Positions 13,901 to 26,300 of a stretch of DNA of 64,000 nt are shown in pieces (position 1 is the stretch's first letter; every line of letters starts with the position of its first letter). The stretch spans positions 150,970,001-151,034,000 of the forward strand of contig NC_042999.1 in the NCBI RefSeq assembly GCF_006345805.1. The letters run 5' to 3'. A program made the translations under genes and the position numbers. Source of the DNA: Octopus sinensis. Lineage: Eukaryota. The notes beneath the pieces were generated by a model. It saw only the letters and a program-made list of their open reading frames with translations, did not search any database and was not told the DNA's origin.

Positions 13901-14072
13901 AAGCATGGAATAAACTGCCTGCGTCAGTTGTTGACTGCCATGACACTGCATCTTTTAAGGCCCTCATGCTTTCCGAAATCCGCCGAAACTACACCTGATT
14001 ATATATACACTTTAGATGAGTTGTAGTGCACCTGAGCACTGTACACAATTATTATTATTATTATTATTATTA
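10906..14072 (+). mobile_element. 5'-truncated CR1-type LINE retrotransposon (possible ORF1 tail, APE endonuclease plus reverse transcriptase ORF2, short 3'UTR, (ATT)n tail)
   Basis: APE motifs LNARS, TETW, RGGGV, GDFN, LDL. RT motifs PGLDG, DFAKAF, GVPQGSVLGPLLF, YADD, DLGI, VRPHLEF, VQRRATK, FFTLRVAEAWNKLP. Tail (ATT)n at about 14048-14072. It interrupts a SINE. Confidence 0.95.
11234..13998 (+). pseudogene. LINE ORF2 (endonuclease-RT) split by a single -1 frame change at about 11443-11455
   Basis: ORF 11234-11455 holds the APE N-terminus; ORF 11449-13998 (849 aa) holds the remainder. The APE SDH motif reads SDD. Confidence 0.88.
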
Positions 14073-14906
14073 CCACACAGACACTCCTTCATCTGATCTC
14101 TTTTGTGGCATATCTTACCACCTATACATTTCCCCAAGGTGGGGCAGTATATATCTATAGCTGTTTCTTCTAACCACTCTGACAACAAAGTATATATTTT
14201 AGAAACCTTATCAGTGACCATCACTCCTTTAAAATACAAATATAGCAGCCAGAGTCTTGATATAATTTCACCTTTGGTTTCTATTTTAATAAATGTACCT
14301 ACCCACCCTTTGTACACCATTTATGTTTGCGCACATTTTTCTATCTACAATGTATGTATTCATATCTATAGTTACTCGACATTACAAAATTATATTCACA
14401 TGCCTAAACATTTACTTATCTGCGGTGTGTGTGCTCAGATGTGTGAGTGTGTTCATGTGTACATGTGAATGTGTGTTTTAGGTGTGTTGAGTTTATACGA
14501 AGTTGAGAAATGATTTCATAATGAACCAAGGTGCATATGTACCTTCGCAAGAAGCTCTAGGCTTTTGAGTTACTCCTGTAGTAATTTCTGGTATTGAAAG
14601 GTTATTTGTGTGATTCCATTCTGTAGAAGAGCAAAAGCTTAAGACTTCAAAGACTCTGCCATTTTTACTAAGCATCAAACTAAAATACCTTGCTTGTTGT
14701 TCCGGCATCTCTTTCTGTCTTTTGTTTTGTATATTGTTTTTGGTTTTGGATTTTGTACAGTTTGGAACTCTGTGTGTGTGTATGTGCGTATGCACACGTT
14801 TGTATGTGTGTGTGTGTGCATATATATTAATATATGTATGTCTATATATGTGTACATATCTCTCTCTCACTCTCTTCATCTATCTATCTGCCTGGGTGTA
14901 TGTGTG

Positions 14907-14938
<32 letters not shown>

Positions 14939-15013
14939 CATATACATATATATATACATATATATATATATACATATACATATATATATATACATATACA
15001 TATATATATATAC

Positions 15014-15053
<40 letters not shown>

Positions 15054-15733
15054 TTTATTTAATGAGTTTCACGTTCCCGTTTGCCGGACAGTTTTTGTTA
15101 ACAAAAACTGTCCAACGAACGGGAACATGAAACTCCGAGTAACAGGTTTTGTTGAATTTCTGCTGCTTTTAAATAAAGCATATTACTCTACCACTGGTAT
15201 TTGAGTACTCTTTTTTCCACTTGTTTCACATTTATTTGTTTACTCCGGTATATATATATATATATATATAATCATCATTGTTTAGCATCAGTTTCTCATG
15301 CTGGCTCAAGGTGGATGGTTTCACAGGAACTAGTAAAGCCAGGGGCCCACACCAAGCTCTAATTGTCTGTCCTGGCATGGTTTCTATGATTGGATGCCCT
15401 TCGTAACACCAACCACCTTTACAGAGCATCCTGGGTGCTTTTTATGTGGCACCAGCACCAGTGTTTTTTTTTATGAGGAAGCAGCACCCACACCAGCATG
15501 TTTCTATATGGCAGCCCTTCTGGCTTGCCAGCTCCTATCAAACTGTCCAACCCATGCCAGCATGAAAAATGGACATTAATTGATGATGATGATAACACTC
15601 ACATACATACACACACACACACATATGCACATATACATACTGTACATATATTTTTACAAACACACAAAAGCACAGACTTACATATATTTATACTTACACA
15701 ACACACACATATATACATACGTGCATACATGCT

Positions 15734-15781
<48 letters not shown>

Positions 15782-17149
15782 TGCATATGTTTACATTACA
15801 AATATATACGCGTGGATATTTGTGTGTTATCTATTGAAAGAATGTGTGTTTATTTAATTATATAACAATCTCATTCATGAAAGTACATGCACTCGTAGAC
15901 GTACACACTTAAATACATACAGATAAGAATATATGTGTGAGGGACCCTACCCACTCACACACACACACATTCTTGCACACATTCACACACACATTCTTGC
16001 ACACATTCAATCACACACTCTTGCACACATACACACACACACACACTCACACTCTTGCACACATACACACACACACTCACACTCTTGCACACATTCGCAC
16101 ACACACACACACAGATGCTCTCATGCATGCGCGCACACACACACACACATCATCTGCCATAAAACATCAAGAACACCAAAATATTTAAGGCAGCCTGCTA
16201 CTCCTTGCAAAAAGCAAGATACAATAGTGCCTATGGGGTGGTGGGGATGAGGGCCTGCGCAAGGCCCACCCAGCTGGATACATCAAAGGTATCAATAGCA
16301 CGGATGGTATGAATGCATTCATACCTTTTTTTTTTTTAAAAGTGCATGACTGTTGCTGCTGAGGTATTTACTTTCAAATCTTCCATCAGATGAAAACAGG
16401 ACCCAAATACATGCTGTAAAAACCACAGGGTGTGAGGGACCCCTAGCTGTTGTCACAGCATCCTTCTAGGAGTGGGGCACTCTGATGTAAAAGCTACAGT
16501 TTCACATGATTGTTGGTCATCTTGCTTTGACCTGTCACTAGGTACTAATTATAGAGATTGAGAGTAGTTCTCGTGTTGTACAAGTGTCCATCACCATAAT
16601 CCAATGATGTACTGGTTTCTTTTTATGGTGGCCTCATTTGTGATTCCATTTACTGAAACTCCTATGGTGCTGGAAGAATTGGAACATGTACAGACTTAAC
16701 CAGTTGGAAGCACACCATAAATTACGATTTTTGTTTGTCACCTATGCTTCAAACCATGCAGATTTGCAATGGGACTGAATAGTCAGCTGAGAGGTCATGG
16801 ACAGAAAGTCAGAAATGTACAAGGAAGCACACAGAGATGGCAATCACCTGTGAATATGGAACAATCATTGTGTATGTGTGTGTGTGCATATGTGTGTGTT
16901 GTATTACAATGGCCTCTGCTCCTCTGAACTGGTTAACTCTTAATATCTCCACCAAAGCTCACTTGATACTACTTCTCCTCTCCTTCTTACTCTGTCACAC
17001 CTCCCAGATTCTAGTCCTTTTCCCTTGGAGATACAACCCACTAATATTTCCCCCTCCCCTTCATTTATGTTCTTTATCTGCAGACATTAACAGCCTTTAA
17101 CATTATTCGCCAATACTATTATCAAAGATATTCTGCAACACCTTGAATC

Positions 17150-19110
17150 TTTCCCTTTTCTCGGTTGCCATTAATATGGCTGTCACAGAATCAGATCCAC
17201 TGGAAACCAACTGTCTTACGGTATTCACTCGTAGGTCCTTGCTTTTGAGAAGTCCAGTGGAAGAAATGTTGTTGCCTTAGATATCTGTTTCTTTACTACC
17301 CACAAGGGGCAAAACACAGAGGGGACAAACAAGGACAGACAAACGGATTAAGTCGATTATATTGACCCCAGTGTGTAACTGGTACTTAATTTATCGACCC
17401 CGAAAGGATGAAAGGCAAAGTCGACCTCGGCAGAATTTGAACTCAGAACGTAACAGCAGCCGAAATACCGCTAGGCATTCCGGCCGGCATGCTAACGATT
17501 CTGCCAGCTTGCCACCTTAGATATCAGTAAAGCTTTCGACTATGTCTGACATGTAAATCTGCTATCAAGACTTCCCACGAATGGACTGCACCCATCTCTT
17601 ATTTCTTTGATTGGTAGCTTCCTCTAAGACCACACCATTGCGGCATCAATGGAGCTCTTTCTCTCCTCTACAATAAATGCCAGTATGACTAGCCCTCTTT
17701 TTCCTTCTCTATGTCAATGACCCATCTAACATCACCCACTCTTTTATGCTGATGACTCAACCTTCGTTTCTTCCTAACCTTCCCTAACCATGTGCAACTT
17801 GGCACAGGGTAAACTTGTATTGATCCCATAAATGTAATCTTTGAGTGCATCCTACTGTGAGGCCGTGCCAGTCTTTTACCAGTAAAAGCTTTTATTTATA
17901 TGGAGCAGAATGATGTTATAATGGAAGGAAGGTTTACGATATCAGGAGAATTCCGCCTTCTCCCATTATATCTTGTTCTTCATGTAGTTCGGGCCCCAGC
18001 AGGCGAAGAAAGAAGTCTTTAAGCACAAATGCAATTTACAATCAGTTTATTTACAAGTTTCACAGAACAGGTGAAGTGTGTTGCTCTCAGCAACCGTCTC
18101 AAGCTGTGTGCATGGTGTTGTATCTCCATTAGTGTGGGCACATTGCCTCTGGAGGTACAACATGCAGACAGGCCCAGCCAGTGAAGTGTGCTCAGCAAGC
18201 GCTGCTGCAAAGAAGTGGAAAGAGAGGAATTACCCTAGGCGTACGCTACAGTGTAAAGAATTTATTGTTGATTCTTCTGTGGGTCATACAGGAACAATAT
18301 TAGCAGGATTGATGAGTGGGCGATGGGGTATTGTAGGGTGAGAAAAGAAATAGGGGTTGAGCAAAAAACCTGAAGTCCTATTCATATCAACAAAATGCCA
18401 TTGTGTTCCTCTGCCAAACATAAGCTGCATTCAACTGGAGCCCTCTCAGTCATTTCAAGTACTGAACCTTACTATTTCTGAGGATTTTTCTGGTAAACAC
18501 ACGTCTTTAACACAACCAGAGTAATATCTTAAAAATTGTAACTTTTCTTTTGGACCGGAAAATATTTCAGCCCTTAACTGTTTCTAGCACTCTACAAAAC
18601 TCAAGTGAGACCCACAAGGGAATATTGATCTTATATTGAGGACAGTGCTGCTGCTGCTACACAGACATTTTTTACTGTATTCATAAAAGGGCCACTTGGC
18701 TAACTTGAATTCAGTTATTCTCAGACACACTCTTACCTCTACTCTACACTCACACTACTTTCTCTTCATCTTTTCTGTTGCTACTGTAATGGTCTCTGTT
18801 CCTTGAAACTGGCTGGTCTTGTACCTCCTTACCACCCACTCTTATCTCCACCTTTTGTCATGCCAGTCCTTCCTCCTCAGAACATGATCATCTGGATGCC
18901 GACGACTGCTCGGTTCAAAGCCTCCCTTGACCACAAGTGGCCTGAACCCTTTACATGAACACCACCCTGTACATAACTCCATGTCCCCCTACATGGCCTT
19001 GCTTTTTGCTTTTTGAGCCAAAAAATTAACTAACTAACTAACTAAATACCTCCCACCACTTTGTCTTTACTGCAAATGTTGACTTACAGCAGTTCAAACA
19101 GAACATTAAC
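17150..19110 (+). mobile_element. Old, heavily decayed non-LTR retrotransposon RT relic with later insertions
   Basis: Remnants of VVALDI/SKAFD (split by a SINE at 17286-17515 with duplicated cttagatatc), YADDST near 17745, LYKTQVRP near 18590. Confidence 0.6.
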
Positions 19111-21760
19111 AGTTATGAGTTCACTGGTCTTGATGGGCCTACAAAGGACAAAGGCAATGCCTGTTTCTTCAGTTTTAGCAGGTGTAAAAAAACGAAAGAA
19201 ATAAAAACAAAAACCTATGGGTGTTTAAACAAAATAAACCTCTTCCATATCCAAGTCTGGGAGGACCTCTAAAGGTTAACAGTACTCTCCCTTATTTCTC
19301 TATTGTATAAAAATTTTTTATTACAAACATCCTAGATTATGCTGAGTTAGAAAACATCTGCTTGGTTTATAAATTTTTCTTTATTGAAAATTTTCGGTCC
19401 CTTAGCATACCCTCATGTTCTGTCGGCCCTTTTTGCTATTGTTTATTGCTGTTATAGCAGACTTCTTTCAGAACATTCTAGATATTGCACCCCCTTTCTA
19501 TTTGGATAAAAAAAAATAAACATATGCAGTGCTTGCTAGACTGATGTGTCAACCTGTACCCTGTTTTCTTCCATTAACTCAAGTTGCAAGTGTAAAACAT
19601 GTGAGAGAATGTTTGCATAGTTAAATGGCTTGCAAGAAAGAGTAGAGAAAATCTCCATGAAGCCACACCCTGATATTCAACTCTTTTGTTATTTACACTG
19701 CTTTTGTTGACTTACACTGCTTTTCCTTATTGTCATCATCATTTAATATTTATTTTCCATTCTAGCATAGGCTGGATGGTTTGCAAGAGCTGACAAGCCA
19801 GAGAGCTGCACCTAGCTCCAATTGTCTGTTCTGGCATGGTTTCTATAGCTGGATGCCCTTCCTAATGTCAGCCACTTTACAAAGTATACTGGGGGCTTTG
19901 TACATGGTACCAACATGAGTGCTTTATATGTGGCTCTGGTACAGGTGCTTTTTATGTGACACCAGCACAGGTGCTTTTTATGTGGCACCATATCTATGAC
20001 AACATGTCTATGAAGAAACTTTCTCTTAAACAAAAACTGCAGCATCATACCTTGCAGTGGTGTTTATAAACTGGCACTCCATCGGTTATGACAACAGGGG
20101 TTCCAGATAATCTGATCAGTGGAACAGCCTGCTCATGAAACTAACATGCAAGTGGCTGAGCACTCCACAGGCATTCACTCCCTTAATGTAGTTCTTAGGG
20201 AGATTCAGTGTGACTCAGAACGTGACAAAGCTGGCCTCTTTTGTATTACAAGTACAACTAATTTTTGCTAGCTGAGTGGACTGCAGCAATGTGAAATAAA
20301 GTATCTTGCTCAAGGAGACAACATGCTGCCAGGAATCGAACTCAATACTTTACAGTCATGAGGCAAGTATCCTAACCACTAAACCAGTACTTTGTAGTAA
20401 AGATTGTTTGCCAACATAACATGGCAGTCCCTTGTTTGAAAATATAAGGACACAGATTGTGTTGTATAGTCAGCTGGAGATGATGTCTCCTGGGGCTAAA
20501 TGACAGCAACATTTGTCCTAAACCAGGACTGCCATGTTATGTTGGCAAACAATCTTTACTACATGGGTTGATGTAATTGATTTACCCACTCACCCGAAAT
20601 TGCTGGCATTGTGCTACAATTTGAAACCATTATGATATTAATAATATTTAGTAAATAAATAATAGATTCAAAATATGCAATAAAAGTAGTTCTGTAATTT
20701 AGATATTATCAAAACCTCATGCTTAACATATGCGTATTGTTCAAATGCCAGAAGCTGCAGTTTTTTGACTGGGAATCATCCCTTTAAATATATTTCAGAG
20801 CTAGGTAAAATAAATTTGTGTGAAAAGTAACAACTAGAACAACATACACAGAATTTCTCCATAATTGTAGCTTATCACTGTCACACATTCATTTCACTTC
20901 TGAATTAATAATATCATATACTATTCCAATTTAAAATTAGAAGGGTTTGAATTTGTCTTTCTTTTCAGAGTTGTTAAAATAAATACCAGTGGTGTATTGA
21001 GGTAATTTGGTTGCTATCTGTTGTCTTCTTCAACAATTTGGTCTTGTGCCTAGGTAAAAATATTAATAGAGTCCATATTAAGAAAACACCAATTCATATT
21101 CCATTTCCTTGACTAAGATATTTAATTCCCAGCTGTCCATTCCTCAAACTGCTAATAGGAACCATAATGGTTGGCACACAAGTGGGAGTACCATACCACT
21201 TCCCTATTTTGACACTTAACATAATATGAACAATATAGTTTCCAACTAGCAATAACCATGCCTCGGATAACCCTCATTGGCTATGGTACTGTCTCTGTGC
21301 TGAGTCCAAATTTTCCTTTGATATTGCACAAAGTAATAGGAAATCATTTCAGCTTTTTCTTTTATAAGTTAGTATAAAATAAGGAAGTATAGTACCCAAG
21401 ATCTCTGTAGATCTTTTTTGTTAAGTTATCCTGAAATATGTAGGACCACCAAGGGTTTATAATATTTCTGTGACACATTCAGTAGAAAAGCATCTTCTGT
21501 ATGTGCTGGTATTTAAGACACGCTCTGGCATAAGAAACACTCCTATTTTACATGTAGATTAAAAGAAAAAAAGAAGTAATGCGTTCCCTTATATACTTAT
21601 TGAAAGATGTTTTAAAGTGGTTTTGTAGGGGAGAATGTATGATTCAGTGTATTTAAATACAACTCTATGACAGCATACTGGAATAAAGTATGAAATCATA
21701 AACTTATCATAAATAAATTATGGTGTATAAATATGATATTACAGTTTTATCTTCTTTTAG

Positions 21761-21997
21761 ATGAACTGTGTAGTTGTTCATATTTTGGGCAAAAGAATTG
21801 CCATATGAGATGTAAAACTCCTATTTCAGGCTGTGATGTTTTGTGTTACCACAATCAGCCACCAGGGTCACACACCATTGCTATGGTTTTGTTATCATCC
21901 ACTTGATGCAAATAGCTGAGAAGCAGATGAAAGTTTAACATTCCTGTCGCTCTTCTGAGAGAATTTACATTCAGATAATTAAAAGTAGTTCTTAAAG
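21761..21997 (+). other. Candidate non-coding 5'UTR exon of the UGCG-like gene
   Basis: ttttatcttcttttag| ... AAG|gtaatg around non-repetitive sequence. Coding exon 1 has an acceptor 9 nt before its ATG, which suggests an upstream exon exists. Confidence 0.4.
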
Positions 21998-23197
21998 GTA
22001 ATGCAGTCATTAATTAATGTAAGACACATTTCTGGAGAAGGAGGGTATGAGATGATGTGACCTCTTGACATAACTGCTGATATTTGTGATAATTTAAGTT
22101 ACTTCCGATATTTTACCCAGCAACTAAAGTGAGAAAACAGCCATGGCCAATGCCAGTGTTGCATGTCCAGCCCATTTAAGAGTACCCTTAATGCATCGAG
22201 TGATATGATATGCTTGAGAAGACTTGTTGAGTCAAGTAAAACCAAAATCATAGCTGTGACCAGTGTCCCCTGACTGGCTCCTGTGCCAGTGCTACGTAAA
22301 AAGCACCATCCAAACATGGCCAATGCCATTGCCCCTGACTGGCTTCCATGCCGTTGGCTCATAAAAAGTACTATCTGAATGTTATTGATTCCAGGGTCAC
22401 TTGACAGGCTCCCATGCCAATGGCACGTAAAAAGCACCCACTACACACTTGGAGTGGCTGGCATTAGGAAGGGCATCCAGCTGTAGTAACATTGCTAGAT
22501 CAGATTGGAGTCTGGTGCACCTGTTAGCTCTCCAGACCTCAGTCAAACCGTCCAACTCATGCCAACATGGAAAATGGACGTTAAACGATGATGATGAATT
22601 ATTGTACCTTGAGGTTCCATAGCCTTTGACATTTTGGTCTCCCATCCATAATATGGCCATATTAGATACAGGGCAATTTTGGAATATATTTGAAAATAGA
22701 GAATACATGTCTTATACACTGGCAAGTATAGTAGATATTTCATTGTATAATTGCTGTTTTGCTGTGTGTGTTGTGGTATGTTAGAGCAAAGGTAGTGTGT
22801 TTGAACAAACAGTAAAGTGCAGTGCCAGGTATTTCATGTTACTAGATCTAGTTCAGTGCATTTTGTATATGAGTTCAAATCTCTTCAAATTTTACTTTTC
22901 TTTTTTAACCCTCCTGGGGCCAATGAACTTACCGCCTACCAGTTCTAAACCTGAAATCGAATTGACCAACTCTCAAAACAAATAACAATTAGCCTTCTAC
23001 CTAATCACTAGAAATCAATATCTTGTTATGTTTTATATATGTTTGTTATTATTTATCTTTTGTATTGTTTCTATCACGATACTAATTAGCTGTATTTGTT
23101 TCCTTCATTACACTAATTAGATGTATGTCCTTACTTGAGGACTAACTTGTCCCCTTGTGTCCTAATCCGAAATTTCTCTCTTTTTCAGTGGTCAGTA

Positions 23198-23301
23198 ATG
23201 GAAGAGCAGGTGTATGCTTATGTTTTGTTCTTCTTTGGATTAATTGGTTTAATAATCTATTTCTTCACTGCCTTTGCCCTGATGGTGTCCTTGTTCAGTG
23301 G
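23198..23301 (+). CDS. UGCG: UGCG-like coding exon 1 ([35 protein letters not shown], signal-anchor helix)
   Basis: Acceptor tctctctttttcag ends at 23188, ATG at 23198, hydrophobic stretch, donor GG|gtaagt. Phase 2 matches exon 2. Confidence 0.85.
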
Positions 23302-26300
23302 GTAAGTTGGTGTCTTTTCTGAAACATTTCTTTATTGTTTTCTAATCAATTCCAAAACAAAACTAAACTGTCCAATCATTGAATGGATGGCCTGACAGAA
23401 CTAAATAATTGGCTGTCATTTGATATACATGGTGTCCATAAATTATCCTTACTATTTGAAAAATTCAGAGAGATAAAGTAAAGATAACTTAGCAGAATTT
23501 ATTGGAAAACATAGGCAAACAATGATTCTATGATAAAAACTTCTTGTTTTAAAGTGATCTAAATTAGTGATTCCCAAAGTGGGTGGTACTCCACTGGAGG
23601 CAGTGGAAAGATCCAGTGGGGTGTTGAAGAAAAATGGGGTGATAATGGGGTAACCAAAACGGGGCAATGGATGTAAAAAAAAAAAAAATAAAAAAATAAA
23701 AGGTTCATTAGGTTAAGTTCATTTTTGAAATTCTGTTTTAAATTTGCTGCAGAAAATGGTCTATCACTGTGATGGTGAGTGAGGGGGCGGGGGGCACATA
23801 GGAACGTGGCACTCTGAAAAAGTCTGGGAGCCATTGATCTAAATTTAAATTTTTTCTCAAAATTTTATGTTAATTTATGTTACAAACACCAGCATAATAA
23901 TGAACTTATTTTATTAAATTCATCGTTATTTAAAAAATTAACTGAAATAAAGGCAGTGTATTTCCACAGAAATATGGTAACAAAAGGGTTAAAGTGATCT
24001 AAATTAAAACTTTCCATCAAAAATTTATGTTAATTTATGTCATAAGTACTGGCATAATAAAGACTGTTAGATACTTCTTTATTTTAAAAATTAATTACAA
24101 AAAAAAAATGGCTGTGTATTTCAATAAAAATATCATAACAAAAGGGTTAAGAAATGGTGGTGTTGAGTGGAGAAGCTCATTTTAAGCTCATTACCTATAA
24201 ATCTATACTGGCTCAAGGTAATGGCAACTTTGATAAACATCAAAGGTTACTGCAATGCTGGAGTATACACTGTTGTTTGTTTGGAATTAAAATATGATAG
24301 AAATTTCCTGGGAAGGTGATTATAATCAATATCAAGCAACAACCTGGTTCAGGCATTTAAGAAAAATTTTAAATCTTCTGTAGATGGTTTTAGGTATTTC
24401 AGTTTATTTTATGTATTGGTTTAAATACCATTGATGAGGTATTGATTTTGGATTGTTATAATGTCTCGTTTACATCCCTTTCTTTCTATGTCAGCCGCCT
24501 TTGTTTATACCAACAAACAAACCCGCTATTAGAGCATGACGAACTGCCTGGAGTATCTGTGATTAAACCATTGATGGGAGTTGATCCGCTTCTGGAGGAG
24601 AACATAGAGAGTCACTTCAAAATATGTTACCCACAGGTAGGTAGAGTTACTTCCATTTGCTTTTGGGACATTTCCAATCTCTAACATTGCCAACATAAGG
24701 ATGTACACATATGCATGTGTGTGTATGTATGTGTGTGTGTGTGTGTGTGTGTGTGAGAGATCATCATCATCATCATCATTTAATGTCTTGTTTTCCATGC
24801 TCCCATGGGTTAGACAGAATTTGTTGAGGCAGATTTACTAGGGCTGGATGCCTTTTCTTTCACCAACCCTTACCTGTTTCCAAGATAAGGATGGACACAT
24901 ATGCATACATGCACACACACATATACATGTGTGTGTGTGTATGGTGTGTATCATCATCATCATCTTCATTCGATGTCTTCTTTTCCATGCTCCCATGGGT
25001 CGGACAGAATTTGTTGAGGCAGATTTTCTATGGCTGGATGTCCTTCCTATTGCCAGTCCTCACTTGTTTCCAGGTAATGTAATATGTCCCATGGCCAAGA
25101 CATGTTTTCCACGGAAGACTGGAAACAAACAACATTGCTTGTATGATGGTGATGTCAAGACATGAATACACATTTACACACACATGAACACACAGGCATA
25201 TGTTTAGCTGTCCTCTCACCTGTTTAGTTATCCTCTCACTAGTTTAGTTGTCTTTTCACCTGTTTGTTTGTCTTCTAACCTGTTTGTCCTCTCACCTGTT
25301 GGATTTTCCTTTCACCTATTTCGTTATTCTCACCTGCCTAGTTGTTTTCTTGTCTGTTTGTCTTCTCACCTGTTGGATTGTCCCTTCACCTATTTGGTTG
25401 TCCTCACCTGCCTAGTTGTTTTCTTGTCTGTTTGTCTTCTCACCTATCAGTTTGTCCTCTCACCTGTCTAACAATCCTCTTACCTGTTAGTTCATGCTCT
25501 TGCTGTCCAACTTGGTCACCCATTCTCTCTTAAAATATTTTATGCAAGTAAGGTAAACCATACAAAGTGTGAGGACAGAGCTGTTTGCAGAGTTCTTGGT
25601 AAGCTTAATCTGTGATACATTTTCTGCATCACTGATTAAGATACCTGATTAAAGATGATTATGGTTAAAGATTATGTAAATATTTTCATATGAAACAATG
25701 CAAGACCACAACCCTGTAAAAAAGGAGCACTTCGTTGGTTACAACGACGAGGGTCCCAGCTGATCCGATCAACGGAACAGCTTGCTCATGAAATTATTGT
25801 GCAAGTGGCTGAGCACTCCACAGACACGTGTATCTTTAACGTAGTTCTTGGGGAGATTCAGCATGACACAGAGTGTGACAAGGCAGCCCTTTGAAATACA
25901 GGTACTACTCATTTTTGCCAGCTGAGTGGACTGGAGCAATGTGAAATAAAGTGTCTTGCTCAAGGACACAATGTGTCACCAGAAATTGAACTCATGACCT
26001 TACGATCATGAGCTGAATGCCCTAACCACTAAGCCACGTGCCTTCACAGAATATTTGTATAAAACCCTATCTTGTACCATCTCATTAAGAAAATATGATT
26101 CAACTACCTCACATGAAGTCTTCATGACATGCCTTAACTTCTTAATAAATAGTTATCAGCTGTTTGTTTCATTCAAAAACATTATTCATTCTCATTAAAA
26201 ATATTGTCTACACCGGTGCACTTACTCTAAGCGTGACTCTCAAATTCATATTACTGTGAAACATGAATCATACGGGGATTGTTCATTTATCTACAGGTGC

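Noticed and set aside
17983-18250. Solo LTR (TGTAG...CTACA, reverse-strand AATAAA)
   Set aside because: No target-site duplication and no second copy or internal domain in the window.
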